Part shown: positions 28,179-36,616 of the stretch, one piece after another | Position numbering within the stretch: the stretch's first letter is position 1 | Layout of the letters: each line of letters opens with the position of its first letter | Assembly (NCBI GenBank): GCA_963665235.2 | Contig: CAXXLX010000002.1 | Coordinates: 576,001-640,000, forward strand | DNA length: 64,000 nt | Direction of reading: 5' to 3' | Source: Candidatus Poribacteria bacterium | GTDB lineage: Bacteria > Poribacteria > WGA-4E > WGA-3G | Notes under the pieces: model-generated | Database searches by the model: none | Told to the model about the DNA's origin: nothing | The model's input: the letters and a program-made list of their open reading frames with translations, nothing else | Position numbers and translations under genes: made by a program

Positions 28179-30971
28179 ATGTTTGATTTTCAATCTCCGC
28201 TCTTCCTCGGACTGCTTGCTGCGCTGCCGTTTATAGTCTTTGTACAACGGCGCACCACCGTCATTGCGTCGAAATGGCGGAAACGCGCTGTCTTCCTCCT
28301 CAGATGTGCCGCGCTTTTATGTGCAGTCCTTGCCCTGGCAAGCCTGCACCGAACGTATAAAGAACAACGCATAGCAGTAGCGTTTCTTATTGATGCATCC
28401 GATAGTATTGCCCCCTCTCAAAAAGAGGAAACCGTTAATCAGATAAACGCCGCCATTGCAAAATTGAAACCGACCGACCTATTTGGGGTTATCAGCTTTG
28501 CACGAGAAGCATCTATCCTCAGGGCGATGTTGCCGAAACGGGAACAATCTCACCTAATATCGTTGACAGCGGAGCCAACGGGGACAGGCGATGCCACCGA
28601 CATTCTCACTAGCCTTAAGCGTGCCCTTGAACTCCTGCCAGACAATTATCATCGGCGGATAGTGCTTTTCAGTGATGGCGGACATAACGCTGGACGGACC
28701 TCCCTCGAACATCATCTGCCGCTGTTCGCGGCGAGTGAGGTGGAAATATTTACCCTCCCCCTTCAAACCATTAAAGACGCAATTCGGATTCAAGAACTAC
28801 GACTGCCAAACCGGGTTCGAAAAGAGCAACGTTTTCCGGTACAAGCAATCGTCGAATCGGATGGAAGCATTCCGACTGTCACTGCCACGCTCTATCACAA
28901 CGGGGTTCCGATGCCTGAAATTGAATTCCCGTTGCAAAGTGGCAGAAATATATTGACGTTCCCTACACAACAGGTGTCTGAAGCTCGACCACACACGTAT
29001 CAACTACGGTTAAACGTAGGCGATACTATCCTTGAAAATAACCGGGCATATTCGGTTGTGCAATTTGCGGATAAACCGCACGCCCTCTATGTAGAACGCG
29101 ATTTGCAATATGCTGGAACGCTAAAGACACTCCTAGAGGAGAACGGTTTTGTGGTAAACGTGATTTCCGCTTCAGAGATGCCAACAGATTTAACTACGTT
29201 TCAACACTACGATGTGACTATCCTGAGCAACATTTCCGCAGATACGGTTTCAACAGCACAATTGAACGCCCTAGAGAGGTACGTCCGGGACCTCGGGCAC
29301 GGTTTAGTGGTTATCGGGGGAGATGAGGCTTTCGGACCCGGCGGCTATACAGGGACAGCGTTGGAACGTGCACTCCCCGTTGACATGACACCGCGGGAAC
29401 GGAAGGATGCTGTCGCGCTTGTGTTTGTACTTGATACATCGGGCAGCATGGCGAACTATGTCGGAACACAACGGAAGATTGACCTCGCTATTGAGGCGAT
29501 ACGCGCCGGAATTCATAACCTTAAACCAGCAGATGAGGCGGGAGTTATCGGGTTCAACGTTGATTCTCACGTTATTTCACAGCTCACATCTGACCATGAT
29601 ATGCTGAAAAAAGCGGTTGGACGACTCAAACCGACAGGCGGCACAACGATGATGGCGGAGGCTATCAATGAAGCAGGCGACATGCTCAAAGCCGCTGATG
29701 CGAAACGGAAACACATTGTCCTCTTGTCGGATGGTAAATCTGATGGAGAACGTTCCGAATTTATGGAGATAGCGAAAAATATCGCTGCGGCGCGTATCGG
29801 TATTACGACAATCGCCATCGGCGACGCTGCGGAAGCACTCCTGAACGATATTGCAGATGTCGGCGGTGGACGCACCGTGAGGGTTCAAAACCTCCAAGAA
29901 TTGCCCAAAATTTTGATGAATACTGTCCGAGAAACACAGGATTATATTGTACAGGAACAGGTCCAACCGGAAATCGCCGCTCATAGGCCACCAATTTTAG
30001 AGGGGATAGACGTTTTGCCTCCGCTATATGGTTACGTAGCAACAGCGGAGAAGACAGCTGCACAGGTTTTTATAAAATCTCGTCATAAGGACGAACCGCT
30101 CCTGGCTGGGTGGCATCACGGATTAGGAAAATCTGTTGCATGGACATCGGATATCAAACCCGCGTGGAGTAAAACGTGGATGTCCTGGGAAAACTTTGGC
30201 AAGTTTTGGGGACAGGTTATCAATTGGACACTCCCCGCAGACGATGCAGACGCAGATTTTGAACTCATCGTCTCACCCCGCAACGGCAGCGCGGAAGTGG
30301 TCATTGATGCACAACGGCCATCACATCTCGGTTATACTGTCCACGTTGCAGGACCGAACGGCACCAGCGAAACCGTTGAGATGCAACAGGTTACGTCAAA
30401 GCGTTACAGCGGCACATTTCGGACAAACGTCAGCGGCACCTATATTGTCACCGCGAAACAGGAGGGAGATGCACGCACTCGCACCGAAACGTTGGCGCGT
30501 TCCTATCCTGCCGAATATGCTGATTTTAGCGTTAATGAAGGGCTGCTGAAGATGCTTTCTGAACGGACTGGCGGTGTTTATGAACCGACGCTCTCTCAGA
30601 TAACAGCACCTGCCGGAACACCTATTGAAAAACGTGTGTCGATGTTTCAAATGTTGCTAGGCGTTGCTGTTGTCCTATTTGTGTTGGAGATGATTCTCCG
30701 GCGGTTCAGCATAGCGAGCGGATATCTAACTCAACTTCGGGCACAACTGCGTGGACAACAATCTGAAAGGGTTGCACCGGAAACGTTGACACGTCTCACG
30801 CAGAGGAAGGCTGATATGGACACAATTTCCGAACGGTCGGTGCAGGCAACGGTGGAAACAGTCGTGCCGCGCGAACGGACGATGGCGGATAAGGCACAGT
30901 CGCAGTCAACTGAAAAGGCGATAACGCGGCTATTGGCTGTGAAAAGAAAAGCGCGTTCGGTATCGGAGTAG
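28179..30971 (+). CDS. Membrane protein with two VWA domains and a GATase-like domain
   Basis: BatA-like N-terminal TM, MIDAS motifs DASDS and DTSGS, LSDG, GLVVIGG..AFG.GGY, and a C-terminal TM ending LEMILRR. Confidence 0.85.
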   Translation: MFDFQSPLFLGLLAALPFIVFVQRRTTVIASKWRKRAVFLLRCAALLCAVLALASLHRTYKEQRIAVAFLIDASDSIAPSQKEETVNQINAAIAKLKPTDLFGVISFAREASILRAMLPKREQSHLISLTAEPTGTGDATDILTSLKRALELLPDNYHRRIVLFSDGGHNAGRTSLEHHLPLFAASEVEIFTLPLQTIKDAIRIQELRLPNRVRKEQRFPVQAIVESDGSIPTVTATLYHNGVPMPEIEFPLQSGRNILTFPTQQVSEARPHTYQLRLNVGDTILENNRAYSVVQFADKPHALYVERDLQYAGTLKTLLEENGFVVNVISASEMPTDLTTFQHYDVTILSNISADTVSTAQLNALERYVRDLGHGLVVIGGDEAFGPGGYTGTALERALPVDMTPRERKDAVALVFVLDTSGSMANYVGTQRKIDLAIEAIRAGIHNLKPADEAGVIGFNVDSHVISQLTSDHDMLKKAVGRLKPTGGTTMMAEAINEAGDMLKAADAKRKHIVLLSDGKSDGERSEFMEIAKNIAAARIGITTIAIGDAAEALLNDIADVGGGRTVRVQNLQELPKILMNTVRETQDYIVQEQVQPEIAAHRPPILEGIDVLPPLYGYVATAEKTAAQVFIKSRHKDEPLLAGWHHGLGKSVAWTSDIKPAWSKTWMSWENFGKFWGQVINWTLPADDADADFELIVSPRNGSAEVVIDAQRPSHLGYTVHVAGPNGTSETVEMQQVTSKRYSGTFRTNVSGTYIVTAKQEGDARTRTETLARSYPAEYADFSVNEGLLKMLSERTGGVYEPTLSQITAPAGTPIEKRVSMFQMLLGVAVVLFVLEMILRRFSIASGYLTQLRAQLRGQQSERVAPETLTRLTQRKADMDTISERSVQATVETVVPRERTMADKAQSQSTEKAITRLLAVKRKARSVSE

Positions 30972-30994
30972 CGGTTGATGTGCAGGTTTATTAT

Positions 30995-31560
30995 AGAGGG
31001 AAGGGTGGAAGAGTGGAAGCGGAGGAAGGGTGGAAGCGGAGGGTGGAAGGGATGGAAGGGATGGAAGGATGGAAGGGTGGAAGCGGAGGAAGGATGGAAG
31101 GGATGGAAGGATGGAAGAGTGGAAGCGGAGGAAGGATGGAAGGGGTGGAAGGATGGAAGAGTGGAAGCGGAGGAAGGGTGGAAGCGGAGGAAGTTGTCAG
31201 AATCGCGGATTATCGCGGATTACGCGGATTGTAAATTGGCGATTGGCGATTAGCAAGAGGGAGAGGACATCGCTTATTTGTCAGCATCGCGGGTTATCGC
31301 GGATTTATCGGATTACGCGGATTTTAAATTAGCGATTGGCAATTGGCGATTAGCAATTGGAAACCAGAGAAAGAGGGTTTTGACGCGCGGCAGAGATATG
31401 CTTAGCATCACAACCTTCTTGCTAAATGCTAACAGTTTCCATAAGCCATAAGCCAATATTCTATAAACATACCGCCCTTGAGGAGCGGGAAACCGTTTGC
31501 CCGAATACTGGGGCTAATACCGATTTCTGTAGGAGCGAGCTGTGCTCGCGATTTTCTGTG
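30995..31560. repeat. Composite repeat cluster: purine-rich TGGAAG/GGAAGG tandem array (about 200 bp), CGCGGATT and GCAATTGGCGATTA repeats, REP units
   Basis: Units of about 42 bp (GAGTGGAAGCGGAGGAAGGATGGAAGGGATGGAAGGATGGAA). A block GCAGAGATATGCTTAGCATCACAA is shared with 6493-6516. GTAGGAGCGAGCTGTGCTCGCGA REP at about 31529. Confidence 0.85.
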
Positions 31561-31581
31561 GGAGGTGTTTCCATTAAAAAC

Positions 31582-31618
31582 GTAAAAGGCGGTGCTGCGA
31601 ACAGCGACCGCCCTTTAC
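31582..31618. terminator. Hairpin between convergent genes, probably a terminator
   Basis: GTAAAAGGCGGT-GCTG-CGAA-CAGC-G-ACCGCC-C-TTTAC. Confidence 0.6.
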
Positions 31619-31680
31619 ACATCAATTAACGATAGCGTGGGTGGCACCCAACATTGTAGATGCTCCCTGCAATATGCTAA

Positions 31681-32919
31681 TTATTCAGCACGTTTTAGCT
31701 TGCTCCAGGTCGTAACCAGTTTTCCAGCAGGCTCAACTGATGTGCCAACTGCGGAGGGTTTATAGACACCTTCGGTGACGGAGCCAGTGGCAGCAATACC
31801 GACGTGCATGCCCCATCCGCCGCCACGTTCACTCACCTTGACAAGCAATAGGTTATCGCCTTTTTGCAGGTTGACGGAGAATTCATCTTGCCATCTGCCG
31901 CGTCCCCGGTTCGTTGCGTTTGTATGAACGACTTCACCGTTGAGCCAGACCTTGATAGAATCGTCGCTGCCGACTGCCATTTTGACCCCTTCCATCGCTT
32001 CTTCTGCGACAAGGGTAGTGAGTGCGTAGGACGAAACGTCGTTGAAATCCTCGTTTTCTGTTACCTTGAGGTCGAAGAGCATCTTGTTGATGTCGCCGTT
32101 ATCGGGAAGTACGCCAACGATCCAATCGTAATCGCCAACGCTGTCGCCTTCGGTCGCGCCATCTTTAGCGACCATTTCTTCGGTAACAGTGTCTTTACTG
32201 GCAACTGCAAGGGAATCAATATTGGTAGAATTTTGTCCGCCTTGATTGACTTCGGTTGGGGCAATAACCCATAGCCACTCACCCGTAATATCCACTATGG
32301 GAGGAGGTGGCGCTTTGTATACGGCGGTAACATCAGCCTCAATACCGACGTGCATACCCCATCCGCCGCCACGTTCGCTAACCTTGACAAGCAACAGATT
32401 ATCGCCTTGGTTCAGATTAACTTGGAACGTGTCTTGCCACATGGAGCGTCCCCGGTTCGTTGCGTTGGTAAAAACGTTTTCACCGTTGAGCCAGACTTTG
32501 ATGGAGTCATCACTCCCGGTTCGCATCGTAACATCATTCTGTGCTGACGCTGATACCAACGTAATGAGTGCGTAGGACGAAACGTCGTTGAAATCCTCGT
32601 TTTCTGTTACCTTGAGGTCGAAGAGCATCTTGTTGATGTCGCCGTTCGAGGGTAATTCACCGAGGATCCACTTATAATCACCGACAGCGTCGCCTTCGTT
32701 TGCACCATTTTTGGCGACTGCTTCTTCGGTGACAGCATTGTCGCTGGCAACTGCGAGCGAGTCAATATTGGTAGAATTTTGTCCGCCTTGGTTCGCTTCA
32801 GTTGTCGCAATAACCCATAGCCACGGACCGAGAATCTGTTCTTGAGCATTAGCGGTGAGCGTCATAACTGAAAGGCTCATCAGAAGTGCTAATCCTATTA
32901 CACATAATTTCCTGTACAT
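31681..32919 (-). CDS. Secreted protein with two tandem copies of an about 180-aa PA14/galactose-binding-like beta-sandwich domain
   Basis: Signal peptide. Repeat GPWLW...GSDDSIKVWLNGE...L..GDNLLLVKVSERGGGWGM. C-terminal SVEPAGKLVTTWSKLK. GGAGG RBS before ATG 32919. Confidence 0.85.
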   Translation of the reverse strand: MYRKLCVIGLALLMSLSVMTLTANAQEQILGPWLWVIATTEANQGGQNSTNIDSLAVASDNAVTEEAVAKNGANEGDAVGDYKWILGELPSNGDINKMLFDLKVTENEDFNDVSSYALITLVSASAQNDVTMRTGSDDSIKVWLNGENVFTNATNRGRSMWQDTFQVNLNQGDNLLLVKVSERGGGWGMHVGIEADVTAVYKAPPPPIVDITGEWLWVIAPTEVNQGGQNSTNIDSLAVASKDTVTEEMVAKDGATEGDSVGDYDWIVGVLPDNGDINKMLFDLKVTENEDFNDVSSYALTTLVAEEAMEGVKMAVGSDDSIKVWLNGEVVHTNATNRGRGRWQDEFSVNLQKGDNLLLVKVSERGGGWGMHVGIAATGSVTEGVYKPSAVGTSVEPAGKLVTTWSKLKRAE

Positions 32920-33069
32920 TAAAAACCTCCATAAAATAGAAAATAAGCGATAAAATTTAATGTCGTTCATCCTCACGCGTCAATTTCCGATTCAATTTTT
33001 AAGGATAAACAACTCTGTTTACAATTAGTTTTATAACCACAATTAAATAGTTAAAAGGAACTAGCAGAA

Positions 33070-33750
33070 TTAGTGCGCGTTCCTGATTTTCGCCCACTGC
33101 GTTGCCAATTTTCCAGCGGGTTCAACTGGGAGATACCGGTCAAAATTCACATGGTGGTCTACTGCTGCATCTACACCGACGTGCATGCCCCATCCGCCGC
33201 CACGTTCACTGACTTTCACCATCAACAGATTTTCCCCCTGTTTCAGGTCAATTTTGAACGTGTCTTGGTATTGTGCGCGTCCACGGTTTGTTGCATTGGT
33301 AAAAACGTCTTCACCATTGAGCCAGACTTTGATGGAGTCATCGCTCCCGGTTCGCATCGTGACACCCTCCTGCTTTTTAGCAGATTTCAGCATGATAAGG
33401 GCATAGGACGTAATATCATTCATATCCTCACCTGCTACCATGCGCGCATCAAAGAGCATTTTGTTAATGTCACCATTGGCCGGGAGTGTGGCTTCGGTCC
33501 ACTCATAATTACCGACAGCATCCCCCTCTTTCGCGCCATTTTGTGATACTTTATCCTCGGTAACCTTATTGTCGCTGGCAACTGCAAGTGAGTCAATATT
33601 GGTTGAATTCTGACCGCCTTGGTTAGGTTCGGTTGGGGCAACCATCCAGAGCCACGGACCGAGAATCTGTTCTTGAGCATCAGCGGTAAGTGTCATAACT
33701 GAAAGACACATCAGAGATGCCAATGCCATCAGACATAATTTTTTGTACAT
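33070..33750 (-). CDS. Single-domain paralog of the 31681-32919 secreted protein
   Basis: Near-identical signal peptide (MYKKLCL..MCLSVMTLTADAQEQILGPWLW) and the same domain. C-terminal PVEPAGKLATQWAKIR. AAGGAGG RBS before ATG 33750. Confidence 0.85.
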   Translation of the reverse strand: MYKKLCLMALASLMCLSVMTLTADAQEQILGPWLWMVAPTEPNQGGQNSTNIDSLAVASDNKVTEDKVSQNGAKEGDAVGNYEWTEATLPANGDINKMLFDARMVAGEDMNDITSYALIMLKSAKKQEGVTMRTGSDDSIKVWLNGEDVFTNATNRGRAQYQDTFKIDLKQGENLLMVKVSERGGGWGMHVGVDAAVDHHVNFDRYLPVEPAGKLATQWAKIRNAH

Positions 33751-34058
33751 AAAAATAAAACCTCCTTTGAAATAATAAAATAAGAATGATGCAGATCGCC
33801 CCCCAATACTGCAACAACAAAAGCCCACGACGCAACACTCCGTGCAAAACGAAGGGCGCGCGGGCGCGAAATATCACAGGTTGTAAATCCTGCAATACGC
33901 TGTAAAATAATTAACGGATAAGAAAATTTAATAAGGGGGGGGTTTAACAGAAAGCTAAAAACAAAACCGGCAGGCAGTGTGCAAGCACGATTCCCCGCAT
34001 ATCGGGGATGCCTGGTACTCTTATTTATGGATAGTGATTTCGTTCGTAGGTCTTGCAT
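33729..34058 (-). CDS. Putative leader ORF, copy 2, reading through the poly-C tract and the terminator-like hairpin and overlapping the downstream start codon
   Basis: TAGGATTTGATA-ATG start. C8 tract at 33935-33942. Shares LII and SRPxxLRFARSxxSWAFVVA with the frame of 12846-13103. Confidence 0.55.
   Translation of the reverse strand: MQDLRTKSLSINKSTRHPRYAGNRACTLPAGFVFSFLLNPPLIKFSYPLIILQRIAGFTTCDISRPRALRFARSVASWAFVVAVLGGDLHHSYFIISKEVLFLCTKNYV
33810..33897 (-). terminator. Conserved structured leader block, copy 2
   Basis: GCAGG-ATTTACAA-CCTGT, then GCCCGCGCGCCCTTCGT-TTTGC-ACGGAGTGTTGCGTCGTGGGC-TTTTGTTGTT (43-nt hairpin at 33823-33865). Lies 60 nt upstream of ATG 33750. Confidence 0.7.
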
Positions 34059-34257
34059 TATCAAATCCTAAGTTGTTTCTGAAGAGCTCGGTCTGTTTTT
34101 ACAAGTTGACGCAATATCTTTGCATTCTCCGATCCGTTGTTCCGCGTGTTTTACCTTGTTCTGATACCGTGGATAACAGCCAAATTCGAAAACAACAAGA
34201 AAACAGGTTCCACCGATGAACCATTTATCGAATGCGATATCGCGAATTACATTTTTA

Positions 34258-34346
34258 ATTTTACAAAAATTATTAAAAAAAGTCAAGCTGTTTTTCAAAA
34301 AAATTAATCTGTAAATTATTATATCAAAATTTCAAAAAAAAGTCAA
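34258..34346 (-). promoter_or_regulatory. Two tandem sigma-70 promoters upstream of leader cassette copy 2
   Basis: TTGACT (34341-34346), 17 bp, TATAAT (34318-34323), and TTGACT (34281-34286), 17 bp, TAAAAT (34258-34263). Confidence 0.7.
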
Positions 34347-34387
34347 GCTTAACAGTCATCAAAGGGTGTGTCTTAACGGTCATCAAA

Positions 34388-34857
34388 GGGTGTGTAAAGT
34401 TTTTGTACTATGATAGAGGGAAGGATGGAAGATTGGAAGATTGGAAGGGGGGAAGGATGGATTTCGCGCGTGTGTTGTCTGAATTGCGGATTTATCGGAT
34501 TTATCGGATTTTAAGATGCGTAACAATAGAAGGTTTGTGATTATGAGCTAGTGTGTTGTGTTTTCTATAAAGATACCGCCCCGCTGGGGCTAGATTGTCT
34601 GGCGTTCACATTAAACATGTCGCCCCGATACGCCTAGTCCCGTAGGGACGATATATTTATAGAAGCAGATGTTTCCCCAACCCCTAGTCCCGTAGGGACG
34701 ATATATTTATAGAGAAAACGGACATTTATTTTCAAACTCACGTTTAAGTACAAAAATTTTACACACCCTTTCACATGCAGCACCGAGAACCAAATGTTAC
34801 ACTTTGTGTCAAAAGTGTAACATTTACACCTGTTTTGTACAAAAACTTTACGCACCC
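34388..34857. mobile_element. 470-bp non-autonomous MITE with 21-bp TIRs and a 9-bp target-site duplication
   Basis: GGGTGTGTAAAGTTTTTGTAC ... GTACAAAAACTTTACGCACCC, flanked by GTCATCAAA at 34379-34387 and 34858-34866. An extra internal TIR copy lies at about 34748-34768. Carries REP units and TGGAAG repeats. Confidence 0.85.
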
Positions 34858-35067
34858 GTCATCAAATTTTTCGGCTGGGAATTGCCTATAGATTTCATTT
34901 TGGCAATTGGCAATTAGCGATTAGCAATTGGCAAGAGTTTTTGAAGGGCAACAGGTTTCTGAAGCGCGTCAGAGTTTTCCTTCTCTTGCTAATGGTTTCC
35001 AACGGTTTCCATAATGCTATAACCATATCGCCCATACTGGGTTAAGAGAGGTGGCGTTGTGTGGTTT

Positions 35068-35427
35068 TTAGCGGTCATCGAATTTTTCGGCTGGGAATTG
35101 CTTGTAGATTTCATTAAAGTTCCAAATAGAGTTGAGTACAACGATAATGTATAAGACAAAAAGCACGCCAAGGATAATACAACCGATGATGGCATAAAGG
35201 AGTTGGACCCTTCGGGTTTTTGCTCTATATGCATCGGTGTAAAATGCAATGTATTCCTGCGATTTCTCAAGGAACCGTGATGCCGCTGGTGCCGGTTGAT
35301 AGATGTAAGCGAGGAGAATTCCGACTACGTTTAGTGCTAAGCCGACTGCGACCCAGACAATTTTGTTGGTGTCAGCGTTGGCATCATCCTCGGCGGTTGC
35401 TTCGATGTGGGCTCGATTTTCATGCAT
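35068..35427 (-). CDS. Small two-TM membrane protein
   Basis: 119 aa with two hydrophobic helices flanking a P.P...FLEKSQEY..FY...Y segment. Confidence 0.7.
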   Translation of the reverse strand: MHENRAHIEATAEDDANADTNKIVWVAVGLALNVVGILLAYIYQPAPAASRFLEKSQEYIAFYTDAYRAKTRRVQLLYAIIGCIILGVLFVLYIIVVLNSIWNFNEIYKQFPAEKFDDR

Positions 35428-35446
35428 GTTTTTACCCTGAATTCCT

Positions 35447-36496
35447 TCATGGAATTTCTATTGCGCGGCGTTCTATTGTTGCCCTCCGTGCGGCTTCAAT
35501 GATGGATAGGTTATGGTATGCCTTCTCTGGCCCAATTGGCAGTGGTGCGTTTTCGGCGAGGGCGTTGAAGGTTGCGTTGAAGTAGCCGACATGCCCACTA
35601 GCGTCGTTCCGGTCCGCTCCGTCAAGGTTTGGGAGTTCGACCTGTTTCCATCCATCAGTTCTGGAGAATCGGCGGAGTGCGTCCTGGACGTTTTGTCGGT
35701 GTCGGACACGTAAGGAGCCGTTTTGAGCGTGGACTTCGCACCAGCCGAAATCCGTGGCGGGGACGCACCATGCTCCGGAGATGGTAGTAATCCCCCCGCT
35801 TTCATGTTCGCATAGCAGCATGGCGATGTCGTCAACATCGATGTTAAAAGCCATGGTTTGGACACGCGCTTCAACATAACGGACCGGGGATTTCATTAAT
35901 TCAGTGACGGAGTAGATTTCATGGTAGCTGGTGTCGATGATACAGCCGCCGCCTTTCGCCTTACTTGCACGCCATGCAAATGCAGGGGTCGGATGGTCAG
36001 CGGAGAAATCTGTAGGTTTCAATCCCATGCCTGTGCTTCGTCCGAAATAGGGGGTGTCGAGCTGGGCAACTTCTGCTATCGCTGCTTGCATGCCAGCGGT
36101 GAAGAGGTAATTATGTACCACTGTGTAGGGAACGCCGCTTCGCTGGACTGCCTCTAGGATTTTGTCCGCTTCGGCTAATGTGGTCGCCATCGGTTTTTCG
36201 GATATAATTGCTACGGCTGCATTTGCGGCTTCAATGACCTGCTCGGCATGAAGTGAATGCGGTGTAGCAATTGTTACAGCGTCGATGTCGGCATTTGCTA
36301 ACATGTTTCGATAGTCTGTGTATCGGTTTTCGGCGTGGACATTAAATTGGTCGCCAACCTTTTGCAGGTTTTCTGGGACGACATCCGCAAGTGCGGTAAC
36401 GTTGACGGTATCTGTTAGGGCGTTGTATGCTCGGGCATGCGTATTTTGGACGATGCCGCCGCAGCCAATTAGTCCTAAACGAATTGGTTTTTGCAT
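35447..36496 (-). CDS. Gfo/Idh/MocA family oxidoreductase
   Basis: LGLIGCGGI, IATPHSLH, SEKPMA, GGGCIID..YH. AAGGAG RBS before ATG 36496. Confidence 0.9.
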   Translation of the reverse strand: MQKPIRLGLIGCGGIVQNTHARAYNALTDTVNVTALADVVPENLQKVGDQFNVHAENRYTDYRNMLANADIDAVTIATPHSLHAEQVIEAANAAVAIISEKPMATTLAEADKILEAVQRSGVPYTVVHNYLFTAGMQAAIAEVAQLDTPYFGRSTGMGLKPTDFSADHPTPAFAWRASKAKGGGCIIDTSYHEIYSVTELMKSPVRYVEARVQTMAFNIDVDDIAMLLCEHESGGITTISGAWCVPATDFGWCEVHAQNGSLRVRHRQNVQDALRRFSRTDGWKQVELPNLDGADRNDASGHVGYFNATFNALAENAPLPIGPEKAYHNLSIIEAARRATIERRAIEIP

Positions 36497-36616
36497 TGTT
36501 TTTCTCCTTTTTGTATAGTTTATCATATTTTGCGTTTGTGTCCAATATTTTTGTGACACCTACTTTGCGAAATGTGGTATAATGCTTTTGTATATCTTTA
36601 TTCAGGAAGGTGGAAT

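Noticed and set aside
30975-31332. Three overlapping W/K/G/E-rich ORFs
   Set aside because: Artefact of a stop-free TGGAAG purine microsatellite. The same module occurs in other intergenic regions.
33944-34000. 18-aa hydrophobic ORF MRGIVLAHCLPVLFLAFC as a type I toxin
   Set aside because: No convincing RBS and no counterpart in copy 1 of the leader. The homologous start is ATG 34058.
34373-35115. Diversity-generating retroelement TR/VR pair
   Set aside because: Differences on the coding strand are mostly synonymous C/T, not adenine-specific. The match is only 48 bp and there is no reverse transcriptase in the window.
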